From: an uncultured candidate division Zixibacteria bacterium
GTDB taxonomy: Bacteria; Zixibacteria; MSB-5A5; GN15; FEB-12
Assembly (NCBI GenBank): GCA_963735035.1
Contig: CAVTJJ010000004.1
Location: 160,001 to 224,000, forward strand
DNA length: 64,000 nt
Direction: 5' to 3'
Within the stretch, counting starts at the first letter, position 1, and each line of letters begins with the position of its first letter. The position numbers and the translations under genes were made by a program. The notes below the pieces were generated by a model, which searched no databases, was not told the DNA's origin, and saw only the letters and a program-made list of their open reading frames with translations. This document shows positions 40,527 through 50,038 of the stretch, in pieces.

Positions 40527-41579
40527 GTGAAGACGAAGTTGACAATATATCTGATTGCACTAGTTCTCGTACTGGGCTGTGTCGGAGCCGTCCGAGGCCA
40601 GGGAAATCGGGAACAACAGCGTGAGCTCTGTCGATTGGAGATGCAGCGGACCGATGATCTGATCGCTGAGGCACGGATGGCGGTCAAGAATTCCGAAAGT
40701 GCCCTGGCCGCGAAAGCTCTCGAACGGGCGGATCAACTCCAGGCCGGTGCCCGGAAAGCCTTCGCCAGCGATGCCCTCATTCTAACCGTATCGCTAACCC
40801 GCAAAGCCCGGGAGCAGGCCAGCGCTGCGATTTCGACCAGTCGGATGGCCGAGCAGCTTGAAGGCGTTCTCAACGGACGGCTCGAACGGGCCCAGGAGAA
40901 TCTCGATCAGGTACACGACGAACTGGGGACCCCGCTGAATCCGACCGCGTCCGCGTTGTACGACCAGGCCAGAAACTTCCTCGCGCAGGCCTGGGAATTT
41001 TTCCGTGGCCGCCGCTTCCTTGCGGCCGGTAAGATGGTTGAGCAGGTCGAACAGGCGACACGCCGCCTTCGGACACTGGCTCGGAACGGGCAAGGGGGCA
41101 ATGCCGAGGCTTTTGAACTCCGGCTGGACAATGTTCAGCGCCTGGTCGAGTACGCACAAGAGATTTTGGCTGATTGCGGCTCCAAAACCGGTCGCGAACA
41201 GCTCGGTCGGGCCGAGCAGTCACTTCAGCGCGCCAGGGACTTGCGGGCTCAGAATCAAAACTGGCCGGCACTTTCGGCCCTTGGAAACGCCCGCCAGGCC
41301 GCTCGAAAGGCGGTGCGAGAGTGTCGCGACGGCAGCTTCCTCGAGCAGCGCTATCAGCGGTTGGTCAAGGAACTGGATCAGGCCAAAACCCGCCTGGCTG
41401 ACGCCGATCGGGAGCACGGGAGCACGACTGCGTCCGAGCTGCTGCAGAAGGCCTCGGAACAGCTAGATCTGGCCGGTCGCTATCTCGCTGCCAATGAAAC
41501 GGAATCGGCTCTTTTGTCGCTCCAGGCGGCGCAAATCGCTCTGCGTCAGGCAGAACGATACCTGAACGGCGAACGATAA
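40527..41579 (+). CDS. Secreted all-alpha repeat/coiled-coil protein
   Basis: Signal peptide; about five 60-70-aa helical repeats (L.RA...L..A). Confidence 0.75.
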   Translation: MKTKLTIYLIALVLVLGCVGAVRGQGNREQQRELCRLEMQRTDDLIAEARMAVKNSESALAAKALERADQLQAGARKAFASDALILTVSLTRKAREQASAAISTSRMAEQLEGVLNGRLERAQENLDQVHDELGTPLNPTASALYDQARNFLAQAWEFFRGRRFLAAGKMVEQVEQATRRLRTLARNGQGGNAEAFELRLDNVQRLVEYAQEILADCGSKTGREQLGRAEQSLQRARDLRAQNQNWPALSALGNARQAARKAVRECRDGSFLEQRYQRLVKELDQAKTRLADADREHGSTTASELLQKASEQLDLAGRYLAANETESALLSLQAAQIALRQAERYLNGER

Positions 41580-41599
41580 ATATAATCCGAGGTAGACTG

Positions 41600-42883
41600 T
41601 TGCTGGGTAAACTCCTGGGGCTGATCTTCTTTTTTTGCGCCAGTCTTTGCTCTGGGAGCATGCTGGGCGTGGAGGGACTCTCTCTTAAAGTCGGGATGGG
41701 GTACGAATTTCTCTCCCAGGATTTCTATCTTGATAGTCTCGAACAGGCCGGGGCCGATTCTCTCGACGTAACCACCTCTCTAAAAACCACTTACATGGAT
41801 GACCTGAAAGGTCAGATCCGCTTTGGATATGCCCCGTCGGCCAAGCCAGCCCTGCATTTTGACGGTATCTTCGAACAGACGTCGGACCAAAGTCGGCTTC
41901 GCGGCTATATAAACCATGGCTTTGCGGCCGGGCCGTTCCGGTTGGACTGGAACGCCGAGGCCGACTGGCGGAACGGTAAAGTCGATCCGGAACTTGGGGA
42001 TCCCGGTTACATTTCGGGAAATGGTCGCCTGAAAGTGGCGCTGCCGGTCTCTTCGAAGACAACAATTTGGTTAAGAGGCCGCGGTGACCTGGTACGCTTT
42101 GATTCTGCCGGATCGGGAGCATTTGATTACACAAGAGGGGGCGGCGAGCTCGGCTTCACCCGAAATTTCGGTGACTTTTCGATGGTTTCTTTCTCCGGAT
42201 TTGTGATAGAACGGTTCGTTCCGGACAATGTCGGCGAAGAGTACCAGAGTCTGGGTCTTGATCTATCGTTCCTGGGCACTCTGGCCAATGGCGATGTTGA
42301 CTTGTCAACACATTATGAATCAAGAGATTACGACGACGCTGGCAGTCAGAACGACTATCGACGATTTGATCTTCTCCTGCGCGACAACCGGCCGTTTGGA
42401 TCGACTTTCTTCACCCGCGGGGAATTCGAACTCGAGCTGCTCTGGTTTGATACAACATCATATCTGACAACCAATTACCGACGGGGTGAGGCGTCCCTCC
42501 TGGCCGGCCTGAACCGTTCCTGGGGATCCATCGCAGCCGGTCCTCATATAGCGATCCTCTCCGAGACCAAGGCCGACGCATATATAGTAGGAGAGGATTA
42601 CGTAGAATACGGCATTAAGACCCAGCTTGACGTGATCCAACCGGGGAGGGCATTGGCGTCGCTGGAGTCGATTACCGGTCGGAGGAACCTTCGGGACGAG
42701 GGCTCCTCGGAACTGACCCAAACTGACTTCACGTTTGAGCGATTGAATCTGCTGCTCGATTGGTCGCTGGCCGGGCGGATCAGTGTAAATGCGCTGGTCT
42801 CGACGGAATGGGAATGGCACAAGAATTCGGGGGAAAATAACCGCCTGGTTCTGTTCAACACGGGGCTGACTTACTCGTTGTAG
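41600..42883 (+). CDS. Large outer-membrane beta-barrel protein
   Basis: Signal peptide, alternating strands throughout, C-terminal GLTYSL. Confidence 0.75.
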   Translation: MLGKLLGLIFFFCASLCSGSMLGVEGLSLKVGMGYEFLSQDFYLDSLEQAGADSLDVTTSLKTTYMDDLKGQIRFGYAPSAKPALHFDGIFEQTSDQSRLRGYINHGFAAGPFRLDWNAEADWRNGKVDPELGDPGYISGNGRLKVALPVSSKTTIWLRGRGDLVRFDSAGSGAFDYTRGGGELGFTRNFGDFSMVSFSGFVIERFVPDNVGEEYQSLGLDLSFLGTLANGDVDLSTHYESRDYDDAGSQNDYRRFDLLLRDNRPFGSTFFTRGEFELELLWFDTTSYLTTNYRRGEASLLAGLNRSWGSIAAGPHIAILSETKADAYIVGEDYVEYGIKTQLDVIQPGRALASLESITGRRNLRDEGSSELTQTDFTFERLNLLLDWSLAGRISVNALVSTEWEWHKNSGENNRLVLFNTGLTYSL

Positions 42884-43014
42884 CTACCCGCTGACGCCCC
42901 GTGGCAGGCACTGCAGGGCAAGTTCAGTTGAGATCTCGAGGATGCGATTGTGACGGGATTTATTACTACGCATCATCGTAATTGTCTTTTCGGAAGAACT
43001 TTCCAAGAAAGTTC

Positions 43015-43043
43015 TTGACAGAAATGGGGAATATGCTTATCAT
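43015..43043 (+). promoter_or_regulatory. sigma70 promoter
   Basis: TTGACA-N17-TATCAT about 395 nt upstream of the ATG at 43441. Confidence 0.65.
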
Positions 43044-43440
43044 GCAGCCGTCTAGGGAAATAGTTGTGTGATGAGCGCTTCTGTTTTGAGTCCCCAGCAC
43101 CTTCGGTAACATTAAGTTCAACTTAAGGTTGCCAGAACTCAAGCCCGTAAGCAGATTGTTTCAAAAGATTATGAAGCTGTCAAGGGGTACTTGTACTCAT
43201 TGCAGTTTTGTAAGTTTAGATACGTCTTTCTCTGTACCAATTCCTAAGCGGGGTGAAGCAAGGTCGGGGTTCGGATTTTTGGATCCTGGCGAGTCTTGGT
43301 GAATCCTGTGGAATCGGTCACTGCCGAGTTCCTGCTCGAATGAGGTATTCGGTTATCAAATAGGCGATAGTGCACTAAGCATCATGTGCGAAGAGATCGC
43401 CGAAAACTTTAAGTTTAGTTGAGTACTAAAGGAGCATTAA

Positions 43441-46005
43441 ATGATGCATAAAAGAACGCTTCATTCTTTGCTGATAGTCTCCTTTATAGTGGCATTCGCG
43501 TCGATGTCGTTCGCCGCGGACCAAGTCATTGTACAATCAAAGGCTGGTCTGCCGCGTTGCGTCGCTCAGGCTTCCACCGTTACGGCGAATATTGATGCGC
43601 CGATTAGCGCCCTGGAAGTAGTCCTGAACGTCAGCAACACCACGACTATCAGTGGTGTCGGCGTCGTCTGGAATCTGCCGGCTGGTGTCCTGACTGATCG
43701 GGTCATCGACCTCACGCAGTATCCTCTCATTCGCTTTGCCGCTATGAGCACCGGTCCGGTTGAGGAAAATTACGCCAACGGGACTGGTTTAGCAGTGGCT
43801 ACTATCAATTTCACTACTGCCGACAACTGCACTGCCACCGTCGACATCGCTGGTGCTATTTGGCCGAGTGCTCCGCCTCTCGGTGTCATCCAGACCCAGT
43901 TTGTCGTCGCTGGCACCGGTGCCATCGTCGAAGTGCCGGTGACCACTGGTACGATCGCTGTTGCCAACCAGGCTCCGGCTATCGCTGCCATCTCCGGCGG
44001 CCCGTTTGAGGTTCTTTTTGGAACTACGTTCACGAAGACCTTGAGCGCTACCGACGCTGATCTGGCCAACGGTTGCGAAAGCCTGACCTATTTCTTCTCA
44101 GGCGCCGCCCCGGCTGGCATGACCATCACCGGAAACGTGCTGAGCTGGACGCCGACTGGCGCTCAGGTTTGCGAATTCGCCGGTGACATCGTCGTTGGTG
44201 TCAAGGACAAGTGCAACGCCCAGAGCCTTGCTGCCGCCTTCAAGATCTGCGTTACCAACAACCCGCCGGCCTTCACGGCTGTGCCTCCGGCTATGACGGA
44301 AATCGCTTATGGTCAGACCTTTGCGTTTGATCTGAACGCCGTCGATCCGGATCCGGGTCCGTTTGGTCCGATCTATCACCTTGCTGCGGGATTCCCGGCC
44401 GGTATGACTATTAATAGCACTACTGGCGAGATCTCCTGGAACACTGGTGCCGAAGCTCCGTTTGGCGGCCTGTACACGATCACGGCTACCGTGACCGACG
44501 ACGCCGCTATTTGTGCCTGTGCTCCGGCGAATACCGACACCGTCACCTTCCAGATCAAGGTCCTGTTGATGCAGGTCGTGATCGACAAGGTTGAAGGTGC
44601 TTTCCTCGGTCAGCCGCATGTAGTCTCCATTTCCGTGTCGCCTGATACCTATTTCCAGACCCCGATTGGTGGTTTTGATTTCCTGGTTCAGTACGACAAT
44701 TCAGCCATGTCCTTCCAGTTTGCTGAAGAAGGTACCTTCCTCACCAACTGCGAATGGGAATACTTCACCTACCGTTATGGTGCGAATGGCAACTGCGGCT
44801 CGGGCGCCTGCCCGAGTGGCGTGCTTCGCGTAGTAGCGATGGGCGAAACCACCGGTGGCAACCTGGCTCACCATCCGATTTGCTCGGATATTACGGCCAA
44901 CGTTGAACTCGTAAAGCTGCACTTCCTGCTTTCGAGCGATGCCAACCTGGAGTGCCAGTTCGCTCCGATTCGGTTCGTATGGTACGATTGCGCGGATAAC
45001 GGTATCTCAAGCCAGGATGGACAGACCCTGTTCATGTCCGAATATGTTTGGGATTTCGCCGGCTTTGACGAGCACGATGCCCCGATCTTCAACGATATCA
45101 CTAATCATGATGTCACCATGCCGACGCTTACCGGTGCTCCGGCTCCGGAATGCGACGTGTTCACCCAGAAGGGTCGTCCGTGGCGCCTGGTGCACTTCAA
45201 TAACGGTGGTATCGACATCATCTGCGCCAACTTGATTGACGCCGTTGGTGATATCAACATCAACAATGTTGCGTACGAAATTGCCGACGCGGTCATGTTC
45301 ACCAACTACTTCGTGAACGGCCTGGCGGCTTTCGAAAGCCACATTGAAGGTTCAATCGCGGCCTCTGATACCAACAAAGACGGCCTCACGCTGACGGTTG
45401 CCGACCTGGTCTACTTGATCCGGGTCATCATTGGCGATGCTCAGCCGTATGCGAAGCTCACCCCGGTGGCTGCTCGTATGACGGTTGACAAAGCTGGTGT
45501 CCTCGGTATTGATCAGGCCATGGGTGCCGTTCATGTTGTCCTCGCTGGCAACGTGACCCCGACCCTGTTGGCTGGTAACATGGAAATGCAGTATGGCTTC
45601 AACGGCCAGAACACCAACGTTATCGTGTGGTCACGCGAAGGCAATTCCTTCAATGGCAACTTCCTCCGTACAAACGGTGAGATTGTTGGTCAGCCTGAGT
45701 TTGCCACAGCCAGCGGCCAGCCGGTCACTCTTGATGTGATGCCGGCCAGCTTCGAGCTGAATCAGAACTACCCGAACCCGTTCAACCCGACGACGTCGAT
45801 CAAGATCGGCATCCCGGATAAGGGCATCGAGTGGAAACTGAATATCTACAACGTAACCGGTCAGCTCGTTCAGAGCTTCTCCGGCGTGTCCGTGGGTTAC
45901 GATGTCGTAACTTGGGATGCTACGAACCTGTCCTCCGGCGTCTACTTCTACAAGTTGACGGCGGGTCAGTACAGCGCCACGAAGAAGGCCGTCCTCCTGA
46001 AGTAA
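43441..46005 (+). CDS. Scaffoldin-like secreted protein: cohesin-like, two cadherin/Ig, cohesin-like, dockerin-like, T9SS/FlgD-type C-terminal domain
   Basis: AAGGAG RBS and signal peptide; IGGFDFLVQYD...FNNGGIDI; GDININNVAYEIADAVMF and SDTNKDGLTLTVADLVYLI; LNQNYPNPFNPTT...SGVYFYKL...KKAVLLK. Confidence 0.8.
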   Translation: MMHKRTLHSLLIVSFIVAFASMSFAADQVIVQSKAGLPRCVAQASTVTANIDAPISALEVVLNVSNTTTISGVGVVWNLPAGVLTDRVIDLTQYPLIRFAAMSTGPVEENYANGTGLAVATINFTTADNCTATVDIAGAIWPSAPPLGVIQTQFVVAGTGAIVEVPVTTGTIAVANQAPAIAAISGGPFEVLFGTTFTKTLSATDADLANGCESLTYFFSGAAPAGMTITGNVLSWTPTGAQVCEFAGDIVVGVKDKCNAQSLAAAFKICVTNNPPAFTAVPPAMTEIAYGQTFAFDLNAVDPDPGPFGPIYHLAAGFPAGMTINSTTGEISWNTGAEAPFGGLYTITATVTDDAAICACAPANTDTVTFQIKVLLMQVVIDKVEGAFLGQPHVVSISVSPDTYFQTPIGGFDFLVQYDNSAMSFQFAEEGTFLTNCEWEYFTYRYGANGNCGSGACPSGVLRVVAMGETTGGNLAHHPICSDITANVELVKLHFLLSSDANLECQFAPIRFVWYDCADNGISSQDGQTLFMSEYVWDFAGFDEHDAPIFNDITNHDVTMPTLTGAPAPECDVFTQKGRPWRLVHFNNGGIDIICANLIDAVGDININNVAYEIADAVMFTNYFVNGLAAFESHIEGSIAASDTNKDGLTLTVADLVYLIRVIIGDAQPYAKLTPVAARMTVDKAGVLGIDQAMGAVHVVLAGNVTPTLLAGNMEMQYGFNGQNTNVIVWSREGNSFNGNFLRTNGEIVGQPEFATASGQPVTLDVMPASFELNQNYPNPFNPTTSIKIGIPDKGIEWKLNIYNVTGQLVQSFSGVSVGYDVVTWDATNLSSGVYFYKLTAGQYSATKKAVLLK

Positions 46006-46044
46006 GGAAGATTCCTTCGACGTAAGCTGACAAGTGTCAGAACG

Positions 46045-46080
46045 GAAGAGCCTCCTCCGCTTCGGCGGATGGGGCTCTTC
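46045..46080. terminator. Terminator between convergent genes
   Basis: GAAGAGCC..TCCGC-TTCG-GCGGA..GGCTCTTC hairpin. Confidence 0.75.
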
Positions 46081-46109
46081 TCATTTGGTCAGTCGAGAAA
46101 ATGGGTCGA

Positions 46110-46880
46110 TCAGTTGGAACGGCGGGATTCGGGGTCGAGCGCCCGGTTTACAAGAGAGATTAGTTCATCGGAAGGACACGGGCGCGGGATCCAGCCGACC
46201 GCCCCAAGTTTTCCCCGAATAGATTCCATCTCTTCCAAATCGCCGGAAGGACCGGTCAAGAAAAGGGGAAGTTCGGGGCAGACCCGACGAAGGCGTTCGA
46301 GTTGGGCGGTTTCGGAAGTCTGACCATCAAATCCGGCTATGACCATGTCGAAATTCCCGCGCTGCAACTCTTCCAGGGCTTCATCTCCGCCCGCCACCGC
46401 GAAGGGCAGGTAGTCTCCGGTCGAAAGCATCTCGGCCAGGTTTTCACTGGCTACCGGGTCGGAGACGTTGATGAGAATCCTTCGGGGAGGTGTTGGCCGA
46501 TGTCCGGTACGCGCTACGGCCAGGGTTGCTTCAATTAGTTCTTCCAGGAGCTCAATTCGGAACGGCTTGCTCAGGTATCCGTCGGGCGCGGCGGCGGCCA
46601 TGGTTTCTTCGGACACGACCCCGGTGATGAACAAGACAGGGAGCAGGGGATAGGCGCGGCGGATCCGCTTCAGCAGCGTGATGCCGTCCATGTTAGGCAT
46701 CTTGATGTCGGTGATCAAGAGGTTGTAGTAGTGGGACTCATGTTCTCGCAAGAGCAGGAGTGCTTCGACACCGTCCGACGCGGAATCGGATTCGTACCCT
46801 ACGGCTGACAAAGTATCGACCAGCAGCGCCCGCAGCAGCGGCTCATCATCGACAACCAGGATTCTGCCTTTTGATGACAT
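46110..46880 (-). CDS. Response regulator with a receiver and a degenerate second receiver
   Basis: ILVVDDE, LITDIKMP..DG, LSKPF; second domain lacks the acidic residues. Confidence 0.88.
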   Translation of the reverse strand: MSSKGRILVVDDEPLLRALLVDTLSAVGYESDSASDGVEALLLLREHESHYYNLLITDIKMPNMDGITLLKRIRRAYPLLPVLFITGVVSEETMAAAAPDGYLSKPFRIELLEELIEATLAVARTGHRPTPPRRILINVSDPVASENLAEMLSTGDYLPFAVAGGDEALEELQRGNFDMVIAGFDGQTSETAQLERLRRVCPELPLFLTGPSGDLEEMESIRGKLGAVGWIPRPCPSDELISLVNRALDPESRRSN

Positions 46881-47182
46881 CGCTCAACCTCGTCTGATAC
46901 CGAATGTTTCGTCGGTACCGGTAATATTTCTCAATACGTTCGGGCCCTTCTGATCTCAAGGTCTACAACTGTCACGGCATACGGTTCCACTTTCAATTCG
47001 ATCCCTTCATCCTACCGCGCTTGTTGTCTGTCCCACCGCATATCCGTCTTCACCCCCGCCGCACACTATCGCCTCCACCAGTCGAGATCAAGTTAGAACT
47101 TTGGGAAATCCCTATATGACTTCAGTCTCAATTGCGAGATATTAGTGTTCCTAGCGGCGGGGAAGGCGAAAATTGAGTATAA

Positions 47183-47944
47183 TTGATCGATGCCGTTTCT
47201 GAACTGAGGTTTCGATGCGACAAATTTTCCGGCCTGATGGTTGCGATACTTCTCATAGTCCCCCCTGGTGTTTCCGCCGGGCCTATTCTTACTCTGTCGG
47301 AAAAGATGTTCGACTTTGGTTACGCCCCGCAGAACTCCAAGATTTCGCATGTATTCTGGCTGTACAATACCGGTGATAGCGACCTCAAGATCACGAAAGT
47401 GACTCCCGGGTGTGGTTGTACCCAGGCGCCGCTTGACAAGCAAGACGTGCCTCCGGGCGACAGCGCCCGCCTAGAGATCATTTTCTCGACCCGGCTCTAC
47501 TTCAATAACGTGAGCAAATCACCGGTTATCGAGTGCGAAGGTATGGAGAAACCGACCCCGGTGACGGTTGCCAGCTATGTTATTCCGCGCTCCGATTCGG
47601 CCCATCCGCTGGTACTGGAACCGTTCAAGCTCGACATTTCGCAGTATGGCAGTGAGGTTCGTGACCGGGCGACTTTTTCGATTACCAATGTTTCTGACAA
47701 TGAATTGTCGTTATCGACAATAACCGATGTCGGTACGTACGGTGTGCTGACATTGCCGAATCGGATCGGCCCGAAGGGAACGGTCGAGGCCACGCTCGTG
47801 CTCAAACCGGACGTTCTGGGGACCGAGTTGACGGAGTCATTTACATTTCAGGTGAGCGACTCTGCGAAGACTCGCTACACGGTGCCGGTGCGGCGAAGGC
47901 TGAAAGATCCTCGGGTAGGGGAGATGATTGCGCCGGGGGAGTGA
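47183..47944 (+). CDS. DUF1573-domain (Ig-like) secreted protein; start uncertain (47183-47237)
   Basis: FDFG..P, F.LYNTGDSDLKI..VTPGCGCT, PPGDSA. Confidence 0.8.
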   Translation: MIDAVSELRFRCDKFSGLMVAILLIVPPGVSAGPILTLSEKMFDFGYAPQNSKISHVFWLYNTGDSDLKITKVTPGCGCTQAPLDKQDVPPGDSARLEIIFSTRLYFNNVSKSPVIECEGMEKPTPVTVASYVIPRSDSAHPLVLEPFKLDISQYGSEVRDRATFSITNVSDNELSLSTITDVGTYGVLTLPNRIGPKGTVEATLVLKPDVLGTELTESFTFQVSDSAKTRYTVPVRRRLKDPRVGEMIAPGE

Positions 47945-47960
47945 GGGGGAATGAATCTTT

Positions 47961-48021
47961 GTAGGGCGAGTTTGATCTCAAACCCGCCTGAATGCGGCAG
48001 ATGTGGACATCTGCCGGGCAC
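47961..48021. repeat. Composite element: GTAGGGCG-REP plus inverted family A palindrome
   Basis: Same composite at 48853-48920; the REP part alone at 49353-49379. Confidence 0.85.
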
Positions 48022-48064
48022 GGTGCAATTCATAGCTTCCCGGGGCAAGAACCTGCCATCGGGC

Positions 48065-48823
48065 TTACAACCTATGCACCACCCAGACATTCGGCTCGAT
48101 GTACACACCGCGATCTTGCTGCACGTCGATCTGAACCGGCACCAACGCGCCGGGCACTTCGTAGTCACCTGTTTTCGGGAAGCTCATCTTGGTCCATGAC
48201 TCCCATTCGGAAACCGTGCCGGTGATCCGCATCGCCCGGTAACACGGCTTGATGATCTTGGCGCCCAGTCGAGCGTGTACCCTCAGCCAGGGATCATAGG
48301 GGAGACCATCATTGTTCTTCCAGCAAATGTATTCATCTATGGAGACGTGCGGGTCTTCGGACTTACGGTTCGGACGTACCGGTGCGATCAAACCCTGAAG
48401 GCCGTGCGCCTGTCCGATCGCTTTCATGGCGCGGACCGCGTGAGTACTGATACCCTTGCCGCGGTTGTCGCCGAAGACTACTATTTGCAGGGCACACAAA
48501 TAGTTTGGTTTGCGCCCCGCGACAACATCATCTATCCCTTTGGCAAGCGCCCAGTCCCAACCTTCGTACGGGAGATTCTCGAGTTTCTTGTCCCAGAAGA
48601 GGGGAATGGAATTCGCGATAGCGACCGTTTCGTTAGAGCCGGGATCGACCAGAACAAATTGAAAATCGGGCAGCTTCTCATAGCACAACGATAGTTTCAG
48701 TGCGACCGGGTCGTGAAGCATGAATTCGGGCCATTCGGCGCCGATACGTTTCTGTTCCTGAAGGAGCAAGTCGTGGTTGTCGCGACATGTGATTATGCGG
48801 AAGGGATTGTCAAGCTGAGTCAT
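48065..48823 (-). CDS. GNAT-like N-acetyltransferase
   Basis: WPEFMLHD, RGKGIS, IAPVRP, DPWLRVHARLG, YIEPNVW. Confidence 0.8.
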   Translation of the reverse strand: MTQLDNPFRIITCRDNHDLLLQEQKRIGAEWPEFMLHDPVALKLSLCYEKLPDFQFVLVDPGSNETVAIANSIPLFWDKKLENLPYEGWDWALAKGIDDVVAGRKPNYLCALQIVVFGDNRGKGISTHAVRAMKAIGQAHGLQGLIAPVRPNRKSEDPHVSIDEYICWKNNDGLPYDPWLRVHARLGAKIIKPCYRAMRITGTVSEWESWTKMSFPKTGDYEVPGALVPVQIDVQQDRGVYIEPNVWVVHRL

Positions 48824-49000
48824 GGTGTCTTTCTCGAATAGGTGTGACTCTTATAGGGCGGGTCTGCTTCAAACCCGCCAGAACGCGGCAGATGTGGACC
48901 CGCCGCGGCGGGCCAGGCACATATAGCACAATTGTCGGGTTGCTCGTCTTTCGCTTCGCTCAGGACTCGTGAACCCGACCTACTAGGTCGTGAACCTGAC

Positions 49001-49336
49001 CTACTGATTCATGGCGCGGACAAAATCCTCTCGTACCGGGTGGAAGACATCGACTATATAGCAGCGCTTAATGGCACGGGCGGAATGTGGCGTCATTGGG
49101 GCAAGAATCAGCGCTTGACCGGGTTTCAGTATGACAGTCTTCTCCTCGACTACCAACTCTAATTCTCCCTCGATGACATTGACAGTCTGCTCGTTGTGGT
49201 GCGTGTGCTGAGGGATATGAGCGCCTTCGTCGAGAATGACGTGGGCAATGCTGGCATTTCCAGTATTGACTACACGGGCGCGGATGCCGGGCGCGAGTTG
49301 GAGTTCCTTGAGTTTGTTAAGATCAATCATTGGCAT
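49001..49336 (-). CDS. Cupin domain protein
   Basis: PQHTHHNEQ..VIEGEL; PMTPHSA; DVFHPVREDF. Confidence 0.9.
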   Translation of the reverse strand: MPMIDLNKLKELQLAPGIRARVVNTGNASIAHVILDEGAHIPQHTHHNEQTVNVIEGELELVVEEKTVILKPGQALILAPMTPHSARAIKRCYIVDVFHPVREDFVRAMNQ

Positions 49337-49427
49337 ATTCTAACTCCTCTTCGTAGGGCGGGTTTGCTTCATACCCGCCGATTTCTTGTAAGCTCATGGC
49401 AGCAGTTTTGTAGGTCAGGCCTACTCG

Positions 49428-49933
49428 ACGTGATGTCTGAAACCCACACCTCGTTCGGCCGATCCACCGTAAACCGACGGTTCAAGACATTCGGTGCCAC
49501 CGGCAGATGATGCCCGGAATCCGTGGTTACCCGGAACCGCTTGATCGTCTTGGACCGAATTCCCGCCTGTCGCATCAGACGGGCCACCCGATTCTCACTA
49601 CAGGGCAGACCCCGCGCTCGGAGCTCTTCGGTCACCCGAGGCGAACCGTAGATCCCTCGACTCTCTCGATGGATAACCCTGATCTCAACCAGCAGTCGCC
49701 GATCCTCACGGGTCCGCTGGCTCTCCGTACGATCCAACCACGCGTAATAACCACTACGGCTGAGCCCTAAAACCCGACACAAACTAACCACGGGAAACAA
49801 CTCCTGATGTTGTTGCACAAACTGGTACCTCACGGAGAGCGTCGACTGAATACAGCCAAGGCTTTTTTTAAGATGTCCCGCTCCTCAGTCACTTCGGCCA
49901 ATTGCCGTCGCAACCGCTTGACATCATCCGCGG
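49428..49933 (-). mobile_element. IS3-family internal fragment (orfA 3' end and orfB 5' half), no termini
   Basis: OrfA tail ERDILKKALAVF with A7G -1 frameshift site (49862-49869); OrfB LCRVLGLSRSGYY, YGSPRV, RVARLMR, NVLNRRF, truncated at VWVSDIT. Confidence 0.9.
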
Positions 49934-50038
49934 GCCTGACACCTTTTGTTCGTCAGGCGTCAAGTCCGCCTGACCTACGATCTTCGATTGTCGTGCCAGG
50001 AAGCGGTAGACGCGGACCTCTGCCGCCTACCAAACACA

